This document shows positions 37,593 to 48,657 of a stretch of 64,000 nucleotides of DNA, one piece after another. Both the position numbers and the translations under genes were made by a program. The notes below the pieces were generated by a model. It did no database searches, was not told the DNA's origin, and saw only the letters and a program-made list of their open reading frames with translations. How positions within the stretch are numbered: position 1 is the first letter of the stretch; every line of letters starts with the position of its first letter. Origin of the DNA: Phoronis australis (taxonomy: Eukaryota; Animalia; Phoronida); contig NMRA01000175.1 of assembly GCA_002633005.1 (NCBI GenBank), forward strand, positions 209,432 to 273,431. Reading direction: 5' to 3'.

Positions 37593-38123
37593 ATTTCCCA
37601 CGAGACGGAAGGTCGAGCTTGAACATTAATTCGAGATAGGATGTGGCAGCAGTATTCCTATGTACGCGAGTTAACTTATTTATCATATATCTACTTACTT
37701 ATTTGAAGAGCGGCGATATCTTGTTGCCATGTGCTTTGGCGTCATGTATATGCCAAGCGTATCCTCGCCGGTTAAGCGACAAAATTTTCTACTATTAAGT
37801 CATGATGTTGAATAGCTAGCGAGAGCTCATCCCCGTACATTACCGCGGCTACCACCTAGTTATATTCTAACATTGGGTCAAAATCAATGCAAAGCGACTT
37901 CCTTAATTTGCTTCCTTTTCTCATATATTGCCTCTTTCTGCGGCAATTTCTTAGCAAATCTAGGTAAGGCGACCCGTGGACGAGACGGTCTAGCCACCTA
38001 GTGACTGTCGGACAGGCGCCGCCCACGGACAGGAAATTCAAGTTGTTTCAAGGTAGACAGGTCTTCGAATTCAATAAGTTAATTCAAAAATCTAGGTAGA
38101 ACGTATGTTATTCGTAATTTCTG

Positions 38124-38321
38124 CTACGAACGTTGCGAAATATCAGTCAACAGTTTCAGAATGTCGATGCAGACAACTGGTGGAATAACAAGCACAACAA
38201 TGAATAACTCTTGAATCAAGCTGTAATACTCCATTGTGCTTTGACCCAGTTCTGCAGCGGTCGTTGCCAAGGCAGCTTGCAAGTAGCCCTCGACAATCGG
38301 CAACAAAATATACGGCGAAAT
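38124..38321 (-). pseudogene. Duplicate SLC52-family terminal exon with mutated splice acceptor
   Basis: 198-nt open paralog (ISPYILLPIVEGYLQAALATTAAELGQSTMEYYSLIQELF...DISQRS*) of 33646-33843, but the acceptor reads tttatctttcAA| instead of cAG|. Confidence 0.65.
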
Positions 38322-38929
38322 TTGAAAGATAAACGCGTAAAATGTGTAATTATACACAGATCAGAGGACCGCCGCTTGAAATGGAATGAAAAAACGAAAG
38401 CGACAGCGAAGGCGACGCCAACGACGATGAAGGTGACAGCAAAATTGTGGCCGGCAATGACGCCGGAAACAGTGATGCCAACAGAGATGACGCTGCCAAC
38501 GATGACGTCGAGGGCATCACTGCCGATGAAGAAGACAACAGAGACGTAAAAGACTCCGTGTAATATGTGTCTGTAACACAGGAATAGCGTCTACAAGAAA
38601 AGACCTTTGTGCGAGGGCAGAGAAGTCTGGGTATCCAGTACTTTGAGATCACATGCAGTGGAAGTGTGTAAATTAATAGGTTTCGCGTGTTTTTTTTTTG
38701 TACTAAAAAATTCGGCATATATGCCCATGCACATCAGCTCTGTTATTAGGTGCAGCTCCACAATTAGGCGCATGCGCTCAATTGCGTGTTGTACGGTAAA
38801 ACAAAATAGTATTACAAATGCAGTCTTGGTCGTATATTTTTCCGGATTACAAACTGGAATTTGGGCATGCACAAACTCGTGTCATTTTGAGAACAGGACA
38901 AATGTGAACAGTAAGCAAAGCCATATAAA

Positions 38930-39960
38930 AACCATAGAGACGTCTCCGCCAGACGCAGCTAATGGAAGATGTGTCAAGGTGGGCTTCGTCTTGGGTTTGA
39001 CACCAACTCCAGAGATTATAAACGATTCAAGAGGGTCCCTATCTGAAATGAGGACACCTGAAGACTCACGCATTGCCATAACTGTGCAGATTGACCAACA
39101 GGTTGCATGGATCAAACAGGATAACATCTCGAGGAGAATATTTTATTGAACGACACTTCTACTGACGAAGTTTCTCATGAGGTCAGTGTGTGATGCTCTA
39201 CCAACAACCAGTTCCCTGATTACTTGAATGATAGTACACTTCGTGGCCAGTGGTGCACGTTGGAGCACATACTGACGTCTTGCATCGTTGCTTTAGCAAG
39301 AGACCGGTATACTCCGTGACACCACAAGCAGCTACTCAAGGTATTAGCCAGATACGTAGACGAAGAAATTCCAAGAGAGCCAAGATAGCAGAGCAAGAGT
39401 TACACTCCATCAAATTCAGAAATGCCGGTGAACAAAAGCATCGACAAGCGAAGGCGCAACCCCAAGGGATTATTCACAGATGATAAAAAGATGGTAGCCG
39501 ATCTACGTATCTAGCTGTTGTTTCCACAGCATATTGTTCAAACCTAAAAGTAAGAAATAGCACTTATAGAACAGGCACCTTAGAAGTAAATGTAGAGGAG
39601 GCAAACGAAAGGTGGCGGCACATGTAGTATACACATTCCTGAGAGGTGGTCGCTACTATAAATGACAGGGCATGCTGGTTTATCTAACCACAGTGGTCAG
39701 CATGGAAATTCCAGCCAAATCACATAATGAACAATCTGACAAGAAACCTTGGTTTGCCAGCTACAATCACAAGACGAATGATACAAGAAGCAACTAAAGC
39801 AGCTGAGATGGCTTAAGATTGCATTGAGGTTGTGTACATTTAGCAACGTTCGTTACAAGAGAGGCTCTGATCAGTCTTGCCGATCAACAAAGGATAGATA
39901 CTCACAGTGAATATGGCATCAGTTGAAGGTGGCAACGGAAAGGTGTCCACTACTGATGGT
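38930..39960 (+). mobile_element. Degenerate 3' part of a restriction-like-endonuclease non-LTR retrotransposon (HERO/NeSL-like)
   Basis: VQIDQQVAW.., RSVCDALPT.., TLEHILTSCIVALARDRY..H.QLLKVLA, EIALIE..P*..VEEANER and SVEGG resemble the zinc-knuckle and RLE region of HERO-clade elements. Confidence 0.7.
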
Positions 39961-40343
39961 TAAGTAAGCTATCACAACTGCTATCAAGAATAATGCTGTC
40001 TCACTGGCTTAGAAAAGTACGAAGTTTGTAGAATATAGCAGAAAACTTATGTGTCAAAATTGTGGTATGACACACATTACTTGAACAAGTTTGTCCAGTA
40101 TTTGGGAAGACGAGTTACTCTTTCTCATGAGGACGCTATAGGTTGGTGTAGAAGTAGTCGTAGCAGTAAAGGTTTGTGTATAGTAGATAAAACTTGTTCA
40201 GTGAATACAGGACTGATTTCCATCAGAAAACAGGCTTATGCATGAACGTTCAAATGAAATATATGCATATATCAATGACAAACTTAATAATTTGAACATT
40301 AAGAAAACGTATTACCAATGAGCTCTTGCGTCGGAACACTAAC

Positions 40344-41639
40344 CATCAAACCACTGCCAATTTCCGGTTGCGTCGAAACAAAGGGAGGTAAGGGGCTCAT
40401 AATGGCCACTACACAAACGTATACATTGAGTGTCACGTACGCCCCGAATATCATAGACAAGGCATGTATGGATTGGGTGGGGAAAAGGGCGCACAGAATA
40501 CTTCCAAGAGGTTCCACGGCAGAATAAAGTCGCTGAGATAGACTGAATGTTAAGTTACCATAAGGAAGCGTTGCATACGTCACCATCGGTTGGGAAACTC
40601 CGTAAGACAATCCTCCTAGCAAACAAGTATACACAGTCACTATAATGGCATTCACGCAGAACTTGTTGATGGGACTCCTTTCAGGAGTCATTGATGCCAC
40701 ACTTTGCTTCTCTGATTTTTGTGTATCTGTTTGGCACGTTTGATATTTCAATTCCTTACGATATTCAGTTTCTCTAAATACATGTTCAGCTACTCCATCA
40801 ACGGGGTTGGCATCAGCATCATCTCGAGCGGTGAGCAGTATACTTTCTGTCTCATCACTTGTCGGTCGTAGACGAAGAAAACACACGTGGTCGAGAAGTA
40901 AAACGCAGAGGCATGAGGAAATTACTGCTATGATGCCAAAATAGGTCTCCGTGCTAAACAATAGTTGTCTAAAAACAACTTCCTCTTTCCCGTCCGTGAG
41001 ATAAAAGCTATTATTCCAGTCTTTCGTGTTGTCAAAGTTCTTACTAATTTTTAAGTTCGTAAAAGAGTGTATTGCATTTTGCGTTTTATTAACACAGTCA
41101 AAGTCGCCGGCACCTTGCAAAAACGTGATGAATCCGTAGATGGTGCCACTGCAACTCATTCCGACGTAGAAGACAGGTACACACTTTTGGGGAAATGTAC
41201 CAACATATGGTAGACCAAATATAAAGTCAACTGATCCCACAGAAATCATCAAAACCCAGATGATTTGGAACGCGATGCTATACTTTTTGCCGTAAACGAT
41301 TGACGTACTATCCCAGAAAGTCATCATTAAAGTCAAAAGAATGACCTTGAGAATCGCCATGGTTAACAACAGTGCCGGTCTGTGTCTGTGAATAACGTCA
41401 ATTACAGTTGTTAACTTCATCAATGCCAAGAGGATTCCTGACACCAACGTGCACCCTAGAGAGTACTCGAGGCCTAAGACCGCGCTCAAGTCCCAATATT
41501 CGGGTAGTTTCTGGACCAAGATGGGCAGCTCTGTTAAGATGCAGTCGTACAGTATGGCGCACTGATGTCCAATAGTAAAACATATCAACATCTGACCAAC
41601 TGTTGCCTTTTCTTCACCCGCAGTCATGATTAGAGACAT
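40344..41639 (-). CDS. SLC52 (riboflavin transporter)-family protein A, large first coding exon (432 aa)
   Basis: Multi-TM ORF with SLC52 motifs TELPILVQKLPEYWDL, FLQGAG.FDCVN, FSTETYF, YATLPYG and MSPLPPFV. Phase-0 donor ATG|GTTAGT at 40343. Confidence 0.88.
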
Positions 41640-43160
41640 CGATCTTAAATCAGACGCACATCCACGGCAAATGTTCTCTACTTCAATTCCCTGAAGGTAC
41701 TGAACTCGCTCACAAGGTTAGGCCAGTTAAGACGGTGGTGCTCGGTTTGTTCATCAAGTTCACTGAATGTTCAGAGACATTCCACTCAGCGCTTATCACT
41801 GCTTCAAATCAAACAGGAAGCTAAAACGTTAACACATTATCTGAAACGCAGCGTAATGTTACCACCCGCAGTAAAGGTGTCCCCTATCGCCGGTCATTCG
41901 GGGATAATTGTCCTCCGTGATTATGCTTGTAATTACCACCAAGACTTCGCTCGCGCTTTACAACCGTAATCATCTTATACAATGAAAAATTGTTTTGTAG
42001 GTCAAATGATCTCTGAATAAGTTGCACGCTCGTAATATTACTTCATATTTTTGAGTTCGTAAATTACGAGCGTAAGATCGAATGTCCCACGATACGATGG
42101 CACTTTTCAAGACCACGTTTTTAAGAGAACAGTGCACAAAGCATAGTATCTAAAGCTCTCATATAAATCCAATAAGCCATTTGAGATACGATCTTCCAAA
42201 GGCAGCCAAATATGGCGTGTACAATGAATAGCCCTGAAAGAGGGAACCAAAACAAAAGAACTGCCTGAAGGTCTTAAAGGAAAAGTGCAGAACATGAACA
42301 CAAAACTGGAAAACACCTAACAGGACGTGTATATGAGAAAAGAGAAAAGTGGAACCGACACCCGGGATGGGGGGTGGGGAAAAATGCAGAGAACGAACGT
42401 AGGTCTTGTAGACGACGAGGTAGGTGGCTGAATGAGAGCGACCACGTTGAACTGAACAAAGGAAATATGGGCGACCAATCAGGTGTCGCATAGAGAAATG
42501 TATGAATACAAAAGTAGGCCCTTGAGGCTATAAATAGAGATGAAAAATGCAAAGTAAACCCTAAGGATTGATATCAAAATAAAAAGACAAATGTCAAAAT
42601 AATGACGATAAATGCACTTAACAAGTTAAGTCTAATTTATCGTAATCTATTTTGCCCGGGGTACGCCACGAGCTATATTGCATAATAAAACAAGAGGAGG
42701 ATTGCGAATAATGTCATTTATTATGACGTAAATAGATAAAACTAACCAAGACTCTGCCAGAAGGGCATGAACAAATCGCCATAATGGCAGCACGGGAATG
42801 CTGACATCGCCCATCCGAGGAAGTGGAACCCGGGCAATAACAAAGTTAGACTATGATAAAATATAGGTACTAATAACGGTATAACAGAAAACTAGAATAC
42901 AAAAGTCTAGAATATAAAAAACAAGAATATAACGAACCGCTAAGCAAAATGCACCAACCAATTGAAGTAAAGGTAACTAGAACTAATGACTAGAAATTGA
43001 AAGCCTGCAACTACAGACCTTAGGCCGCAACAACAGTCCTGCGAACGGGAGGAGGCCGGCTGCAACAACAGACCTAACCTAGGGGCTGAAACCACAGACC
43101 CAGAGGAGTGGGAGCGGCTGAAAAGCAAAGTGAGAGAAATGGGGAGCTGAAACAACAGGC

Positions 43161-44121
43161 TCACCAGGAGCACAGGAAGCCTGGGGAAGAGGAAAAAGCA
43201 GACATGCAAATGTAGTTTTTTAGTGCGTCAGATTTCCAGCGCCCCATGTGCTGGATCACCGGTTCAGGGACGCCACGGCTGGCCGCTGAGGTGGCGGCGC
43301 CAATGCGAAAGCTATGTTACGTATAAGACTTGGTGTCGAGTCCTACAAAGGAAACCACTTTAGTTAACATGGAGTTGAAGCAGAAACGTGTAACCGGTGA
43401 TCCACTGAGGTGTTGGAACAAGAGGCCTGGAGAGGGCTGAACAGTAGACAAGTAAAAGGTTAGGGCAGCTACTGGGCAATGGGGAGATTGGCTGGACAAA
43501 ATCGTAAGTGCGACTGGTCCCGAGCTGTGTTTGAAGGTACGCATAGTGATGACCACAGAATCGCCAGAGGGGGGAAGACGACGTCGTTGACCTGTATGAC
43601 GTGGGAAAAGAGCGAGGAGGTGACTGTGAATTCACCGACTCTGAGGAAGGCATGAAAGGCTAGGCGGAACATGGCACGTACGAGAACCGAGTCGGCGAAA
43701 GAGCCGAGTGCAGAAGGGCAGGCGTCAAACAAGGTTGAAGCAAACCTGAAGTAATGCGCATGCGTGTGTCAGAAGAAGGGCGCAGATTGGTAGCACCTTT
43801 GAGGAGTTTTTTGAGGAAAAAGGAGGACGTGGGGTTAGGGAAGTTGTCAAGCTTGTGGAAAAAACTAATGTCAGAGACATAGGACTGAATAGACGAGCTA
43901 CTAAGGCCAGATTCGAAGAGATAAGAGATGTGGTGGGCCAGGAAAGAGGTATTAATGGGCAAGGTGAGCGGAGAGTTGTTAGAGGAGAGGTAAAACTGTG
44001 CGAGGTTATGCAGGATGCGGGTATAGGACTGAAGAGTGGAGGGGGCCAGGGAAGCCCGGAGCAGTCTGGTCACGCTGTCAGGAGGTGCGGCGGGATCGGT
44101 GTCAGATGAGGGCTGAGCCAA
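43161..44121 (-). pseudogene. Tyrosine recombinase ORF of the DIRS/Ngaro element (frameshifted)
   Basis: N-terminal SLAPSTLQSY domain, catalytic R in AFLRVGEF, and the HSFRIGAATSAA...MGRWKSDALKNY box. An in-frame TAA at 43317-43319 lies just before HSFR. Confidence 0.9.
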
Positions 44122-44149
44122 GAACCCTGGAAAAAGGCGATCTGAAAGT

Positions 44150-45330
44150 TGAAACGAGAAAGTGCATCAGCTGTTGGTGTAGCCAGGGGTATGTTTTGCA
44201 CGAAAATGAATGTTAAAGGTAAGAGCGGAGATGACCAGACGACGAACAAGAGACATAATGGGGGAATGGCGGGAGGAGGTCTTGTTGATAATGTCAATGA
44301 CGGCACGGTTGTCGCACAGGAACAGGATCTTGTGATTGGCGAGCTTTGATCCCCACTGCTCTAGCGCTATGACGATAGGAAGGAGTTCCTTGAAGGTAAT
44401 GTGATGGCGTTACAAGTGCCCGGGCTACGGGCAGGCAAACCAGAAAGCTCCCAATGTCACAGCAAAACCCCCATTGGAGCCTGCAGCATCAGAGTACAGT
44501 TTGATGGTGTCTGAAGATGTCCACTCGTCGAATAAGAACAGTGTTTTCCCATTGAAGCCTCGGAGAAAGATGGACCAACCCCGAAGGTCCGCTCTAGCTT
44601 CTTTATTAAGAGTGACGAAGTGGTCTGGTCTCGAAATTCCAATGGTGAGGTTGATGAGTCGGCGCAGGAAGGCGCAGTCGGGCACGATGACGGAGCAGGC
44701 AAAGTTTAGTAGACCAATGAGGGATTGAAGGTCACGAAGAGTAACCTTGCGTCGCTTCTGGAAGTCGAGGAGGAGGTTGGAAGCTCTGTCCACCTTGTCC
44801 TGTGGGAGAGAAGCAGTCATGGTGGCAGAGTCAAGGTGGATGCCATAAATGGTGATGGAGGTGGTCGGCTGAATTGTCTTGTCGTGGTTAATAAGGAGTA
44901 GCAGAGTGATATGAATGCGGCGAGGTCCTGGGAGCATGTCGGGTTTTGCAGGATCCACTGAATCGCAGAACTGACCTTCTCGAAGATGTTGCAGCTGGAG
45001 GCACAGCCAAATGGCAGGCACCTGTCGTAGTAGAAGTTGTTGGCCCAGGAGAGACCTAAGAGGTGGTAGTCGTCAGGGTGCACCGGTACGATGCGAAAAG
45101 CGTCCTTGATGTCAGTCTTAGCCATGAGGGAGTGGCGCCCAAACCGTTGAACCAGGCGAATAGCGTCCGTGATGGTTTTGTACTGGACTTGGGAGAACTG
45201 AGGGGGTATGACGGAGTTAACTGAGTTAGAGTAACGAGATGGATATGACAAGTTATGGATGAGACGAACACTGTTAGGGTGAGATTTAGGGATCAGGGCA
45301 ACGGGTGACAAAGAGGGAAAAGGGAATGGA
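44150..45330 (-). pseudogene. Reverse transcriptase/RNase H ORF of the DIRS/Ngaro element
   Basis: ORFs 44817..45311 and 44425..45021 plus downstream RNaseH motifs. No YxDD motif follows LPFG..F, consistent with an internal deletion. Confidence 0.88.
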
Positions 45331-47539
45331 GGGGATGGGAAGGGCCAGCATAGCGACCCAGCAGAACCTCAGTCTGTATTTTCTGAAAGATAACTTCGGA
45401 ATTACGGAGAGCTGATGGGTGGTTGGTGGGGGGATTGGAGTGACCTTATCGGGGAGGCGCCGAGTCTGAAACCAAAAGAGAAACCATTGATAAGCTCCGT
45501 AGTCGAGAGGGAGTCATAACCTGAAAGGAGAGGTTTAAGTTTGCTTACTTTTACGGGTGTTGGGATACCTGGCAGGTGGGTTGCCGGTTTTGGAGGTGCA
45601 TGACTGCGCGGGGTGGTTGTGCCGCAGAAGCCACAACAGTGCTGGTATCGGCAGAGGGGAAGGTTGCAGGACTGGTCGATGAACGTCCAGCAGATACCTG
45701 TGGGGAAAGAGTGGGGGTTAGGGGTTGGGGCACGGGGGCCTCGAAAAAATGTGGAGGTGGATGAGCCCTGGCGAAAGGACTGACTGTTGGTTGGGTGGCG
45801 TTGGATCTTGTTGAACTTGAGGCAAACTTGGCGCCACAGGTCCCAATGGATGTGGTCCCACTCGAAGGGGAAAGAAGACTGGAATTTCCTGAAATGTGTA
45901 TCGTAAAACAAGGCTGCAGAAAGGCCGTAGTGGGTGTTGCAGTCATGAACTATGGTCGAATACTTTGGGAGTTTAGGGGCATCCAGTGGAAACTTCTGGA
46001 CCAGGATGGACTGGAAAATATTGAACGCCTGAATTAACAGATCATTCAATCTTACGCTCGTATTTAAGAGTGAAAAACTATGAGTATAAAATTACGAGCG
46101 TACAAATACGAGCGCACAACTTCTTCAGAGCTCACATGATATATAAACCAATTTCTCTCGATTGTACGGTTGTAAAACACGAGCGAAGTCTCGGTCAACA
46201 TTTTTGTCGTTTGTCGGTCCTCTATCGGGAATCTCCTTTTGTACGGCACTGGGTGTAACCAAAGAGACAAGGTGATGTAATTTTGACATTTATGACCAGC
46301 AGGGATCGAAGGGGTGAAACAGGTGGCTCAGAGAATGCAGGCCCGTTGCCGGGGGGGGGGGAGGTTCGGGAGTTCGATCGAGCCCCCCGCGGAAAAGGTC
46401 CAGCCCCAGCCTATCAGATAGGTCATAGATGGGCAACAAAAATTGTTGCAGCTACTGGCATTATTAACTACAATGATAACTAAGTAATACTAACTACATA
46501 ACTAAGTTATACTAACTACAATGATAATTAAGTTAGTAATAGTTTTGAACGTGACTCTGATTCAAAGCGCGTCACCTAATCATTTGGCCGTACCCGGCCA
46601 ATTTCGCCCGAGTGATGTTTGCGTAGATGACAGGAATCGTACAGATGATTACAGGAGGCTTTATGTTATTCATCGACATTGAATGCGCGTGATGTCTGCA
46701 GTATAGGGTAACAAGGGAGTCTAGAAGTAAATGTCTATGCGTAGCTAAGCTATATAGCAGCGAGAAGGCTCCCAAAAAGGAGTGCGGTCTGTATGCCTTA
46801 AAATCGACCAAGAAACAAAACAGGAGAAAATAGGTCTATCTGCTACGTTGGTGTACTCAGTGCTAGCATAACGGTAAAGTGCAGGCATTTTCAAATTTCG
46901 AATTGAAAGTGATCGTCAAGTATGTTATTTATCAAGTGTCCACTTTGATTGTGGATTGGTGGATTGAAATGCACGAGTGTACACATGTGTGCGATTCCAT
47001 GCTTTTATATTCAGTTGACGCCGAAGGAAAGCTCATTACACGCAGTCTTCGTGGTCGCTCAAAACCAGTCATTTACCTACCATGTTTTGTTGCAATGAGA
47101 AAACCCCGATGAGCATGTTCACATTGTTAAGAAAAAGCAGGTCTAGACCTAATAAAAACTTTGCTCAGCGAAGAAAGTGTTCTCCTGTCAATCAGTGTCA
47201 ATGGCGCTCAGCCTCGAAGACTTCATACGAGCAACAAACTTGATGGAAAAGATTTCCAAGGTTACATGTCACTATTCGGAAGGTCCACTACTCCGAAGTT
47301 TCGCTACCTTCGAAAGTTCACTACTTCGAATGTGTACAATTACTCAGACTGGTCTGCTAATGCGTCGGAACTGACATAAATGAGATATTGTATTTGTGTC
47401 TATTTAGGAACCATTTAAAGGGTATACAAGAGTTGAATAGTTAATAAAACATTGATTACATTGTTTGCAAATGAGCTCAGTTCCAATCATTGCCAGTCGT
47501 GATACTTGAATCTAACTAACATCATTCTCAAGCAGGGAC

Positions 47540-47951
47540 AACATCTGGGGCACGGGTCAAGGCTGCGACGACTAACGGCGGTTTTACATTTAAGACTGAA
47601 TGGGGCTCTTTGGCTTCGTGAAGAATGACAGGGACAGGGTAGCCTACTAACGACATTTAGTTTCGACTCGGCCGTGCGCGTGGTTCTGGTGGGTGAGGTT
47701 GAGGCGCAGCCCTGAACTTTTCAATCGCTCTGTGAAATGATGCGATCTCGACATGGATTTGATGAATGTATCGTGTTGATAATTCATCATTATACCACAA
47801 TATTAGCCTCGAATGGCAGATACAACCGTGTAATAACCCATAAAGTTATCTCACTAGTGAGATAACATTTTGGCGGGAAACCGAGGTCGGATTCGAATTC
47901 GGGCCTCAAGAGTTAAGAGTCGTCGACTTTACCACTACACCACTCAGCGGC
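47540..47951 (-). mobile_element. tRNA-derived SINE
   Basis: Minus-strand head agccgctgagtggtgtagtggtaaagtcgacgactcttaactcttgaggcccgaattcgaatccg has Pol III A-box and B-box-like motifs, followed by a non-tRNA body. The 3' boundary is approximate. Confidence 0.6.
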
Positions 47952-48498
47952 TGACGTCATCGAACGTGAAAATAGAATACTTAAATGAGCACGCGCAACA
48001 ATCGCATATTCAGCAAAGGGCATTGCACCAACGTTTATACGCTATGAAAAATAAGACGCATAATTTCCATAAAAACGATATTTTAATTCAGTGAAATTTT
48101 TCTCTCGTGTTCTCTCACTTGTAAATCACCGATCTCAAATTTGAATGCAGGTATCGTGTCGTCGGGATCCTTTGACTTGAGCATTATAGTCAGTTACCAG
48201 TGGTAACCTACTTTACCAGACGATATTTTCCAGGTCGAAGCTTGGCGTGATAAAATGTGTAGTAAGCTAAAATAGTTGCTACACCTTAAGTTATAGATTC
48301 ACTTTATTTCTATTTTGTTTTATTTTTCAATTGGTTTTGAGTAAAAGCATTATTTGACAAAATATCTCGGCTTTTCTTAAAAGGTCACGACCTCCGACCC
48401 CGGGACTCTGACATAGAAAGTAGTTACAAAGCCGAGGCGAGTCGAGAAAGGTAGATCGATTCATTGCAATGTTTCTCGTTCAGTATGTGGTATAAAAA

Positions 48499-48657
48499 GA
48501 TTATTACATGTTCTCAGTCGTTATCCCCCTTATCTAGAGCCCTCGTGTATTTTGTAGAATTATCACCCTAGGGGCTAACGCCATTCGGACGATAATTCTC
48601 CAAAATCCACTCGGGCTCTAGATAAGGGGGGATAACGACTTCGCCATGTAATAATCT
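48499..48657. mobile_element. Short hairpin MITE
   Basis: gattattacatg..agtcgttatcccccttatctagagccc pairs with gggctctagataaggggggataacgact..catgtaataatc. Confidence 0.8.

Larger units (their letters stand above)
32000..38600. repeat. Older diverged tandem duplication of the SLC52 terminal exon plus downstream region (~32000-34100 versus ~35960-38550)
   Basis: Collinear similarity: atcacgagag..atcacaaa.aataaa, gctaacttataagtga, ccataactttagataat, gacccgtgga.gagacggtc..gccacctagtgactgtcg, the exon itself, and GAC-rich intron sequence. Confidence 0.85.
42650..46042 (-). mobile_element. Degenerate tyrosine-recombinase retrotransposon (DIRS order, Ngaro-like): gag, RT/RNaseH, YR
   Basis: gag-like ORF with a C-x5-C-x4-C-x3-H-CC-x2-C cluster (45402-46049). 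RT motifs SPVALIPK, RLIHNLS, KTDIKDAF, LPFG. RNaseH YSDAAG..CDN..ADALSR. YR AFLRVGEF and HSFRIGAAT..GRWKSDA..Y. Frameshifts and stops; no methyltransferase domain seen. The 3' boundary is approximate. Confidence 0.92.
41938..46195. repeat. Pair of ~150-bp inverted repeats (41938-42084 and 46043-46195) bracketing the DIRS/Ngaro fragment
   Basis: The reverse complement of 41938-42084 (cattcgatcttacgctcgtaattt...caacttattcagagatca...tacggttgtaaagcgcgagcgaagtcttggt) aligns with 46043-46195 (cattcaatcttacgctcgtattt...caacttcttcagagctca...tacggttgtaaaacacgagcgaagtctcggt). Confidence 0.85.

Noticed and set aside
38211-38718. Thr/Ala-rich and Ser-rich ORFs on both strands (also 33665-34128)
   Set aside because: They derive from degenerate GAC/GAT trinucleotide-rich intron sequence and antisense overlap with the SLC52 terminal exons.
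47880-47951. Possible functional tRNA gene
   Set aside because: It has A/B-box-like motifs but no convincing acceptor or anticodon stem, and it continues into a SINE-like body.
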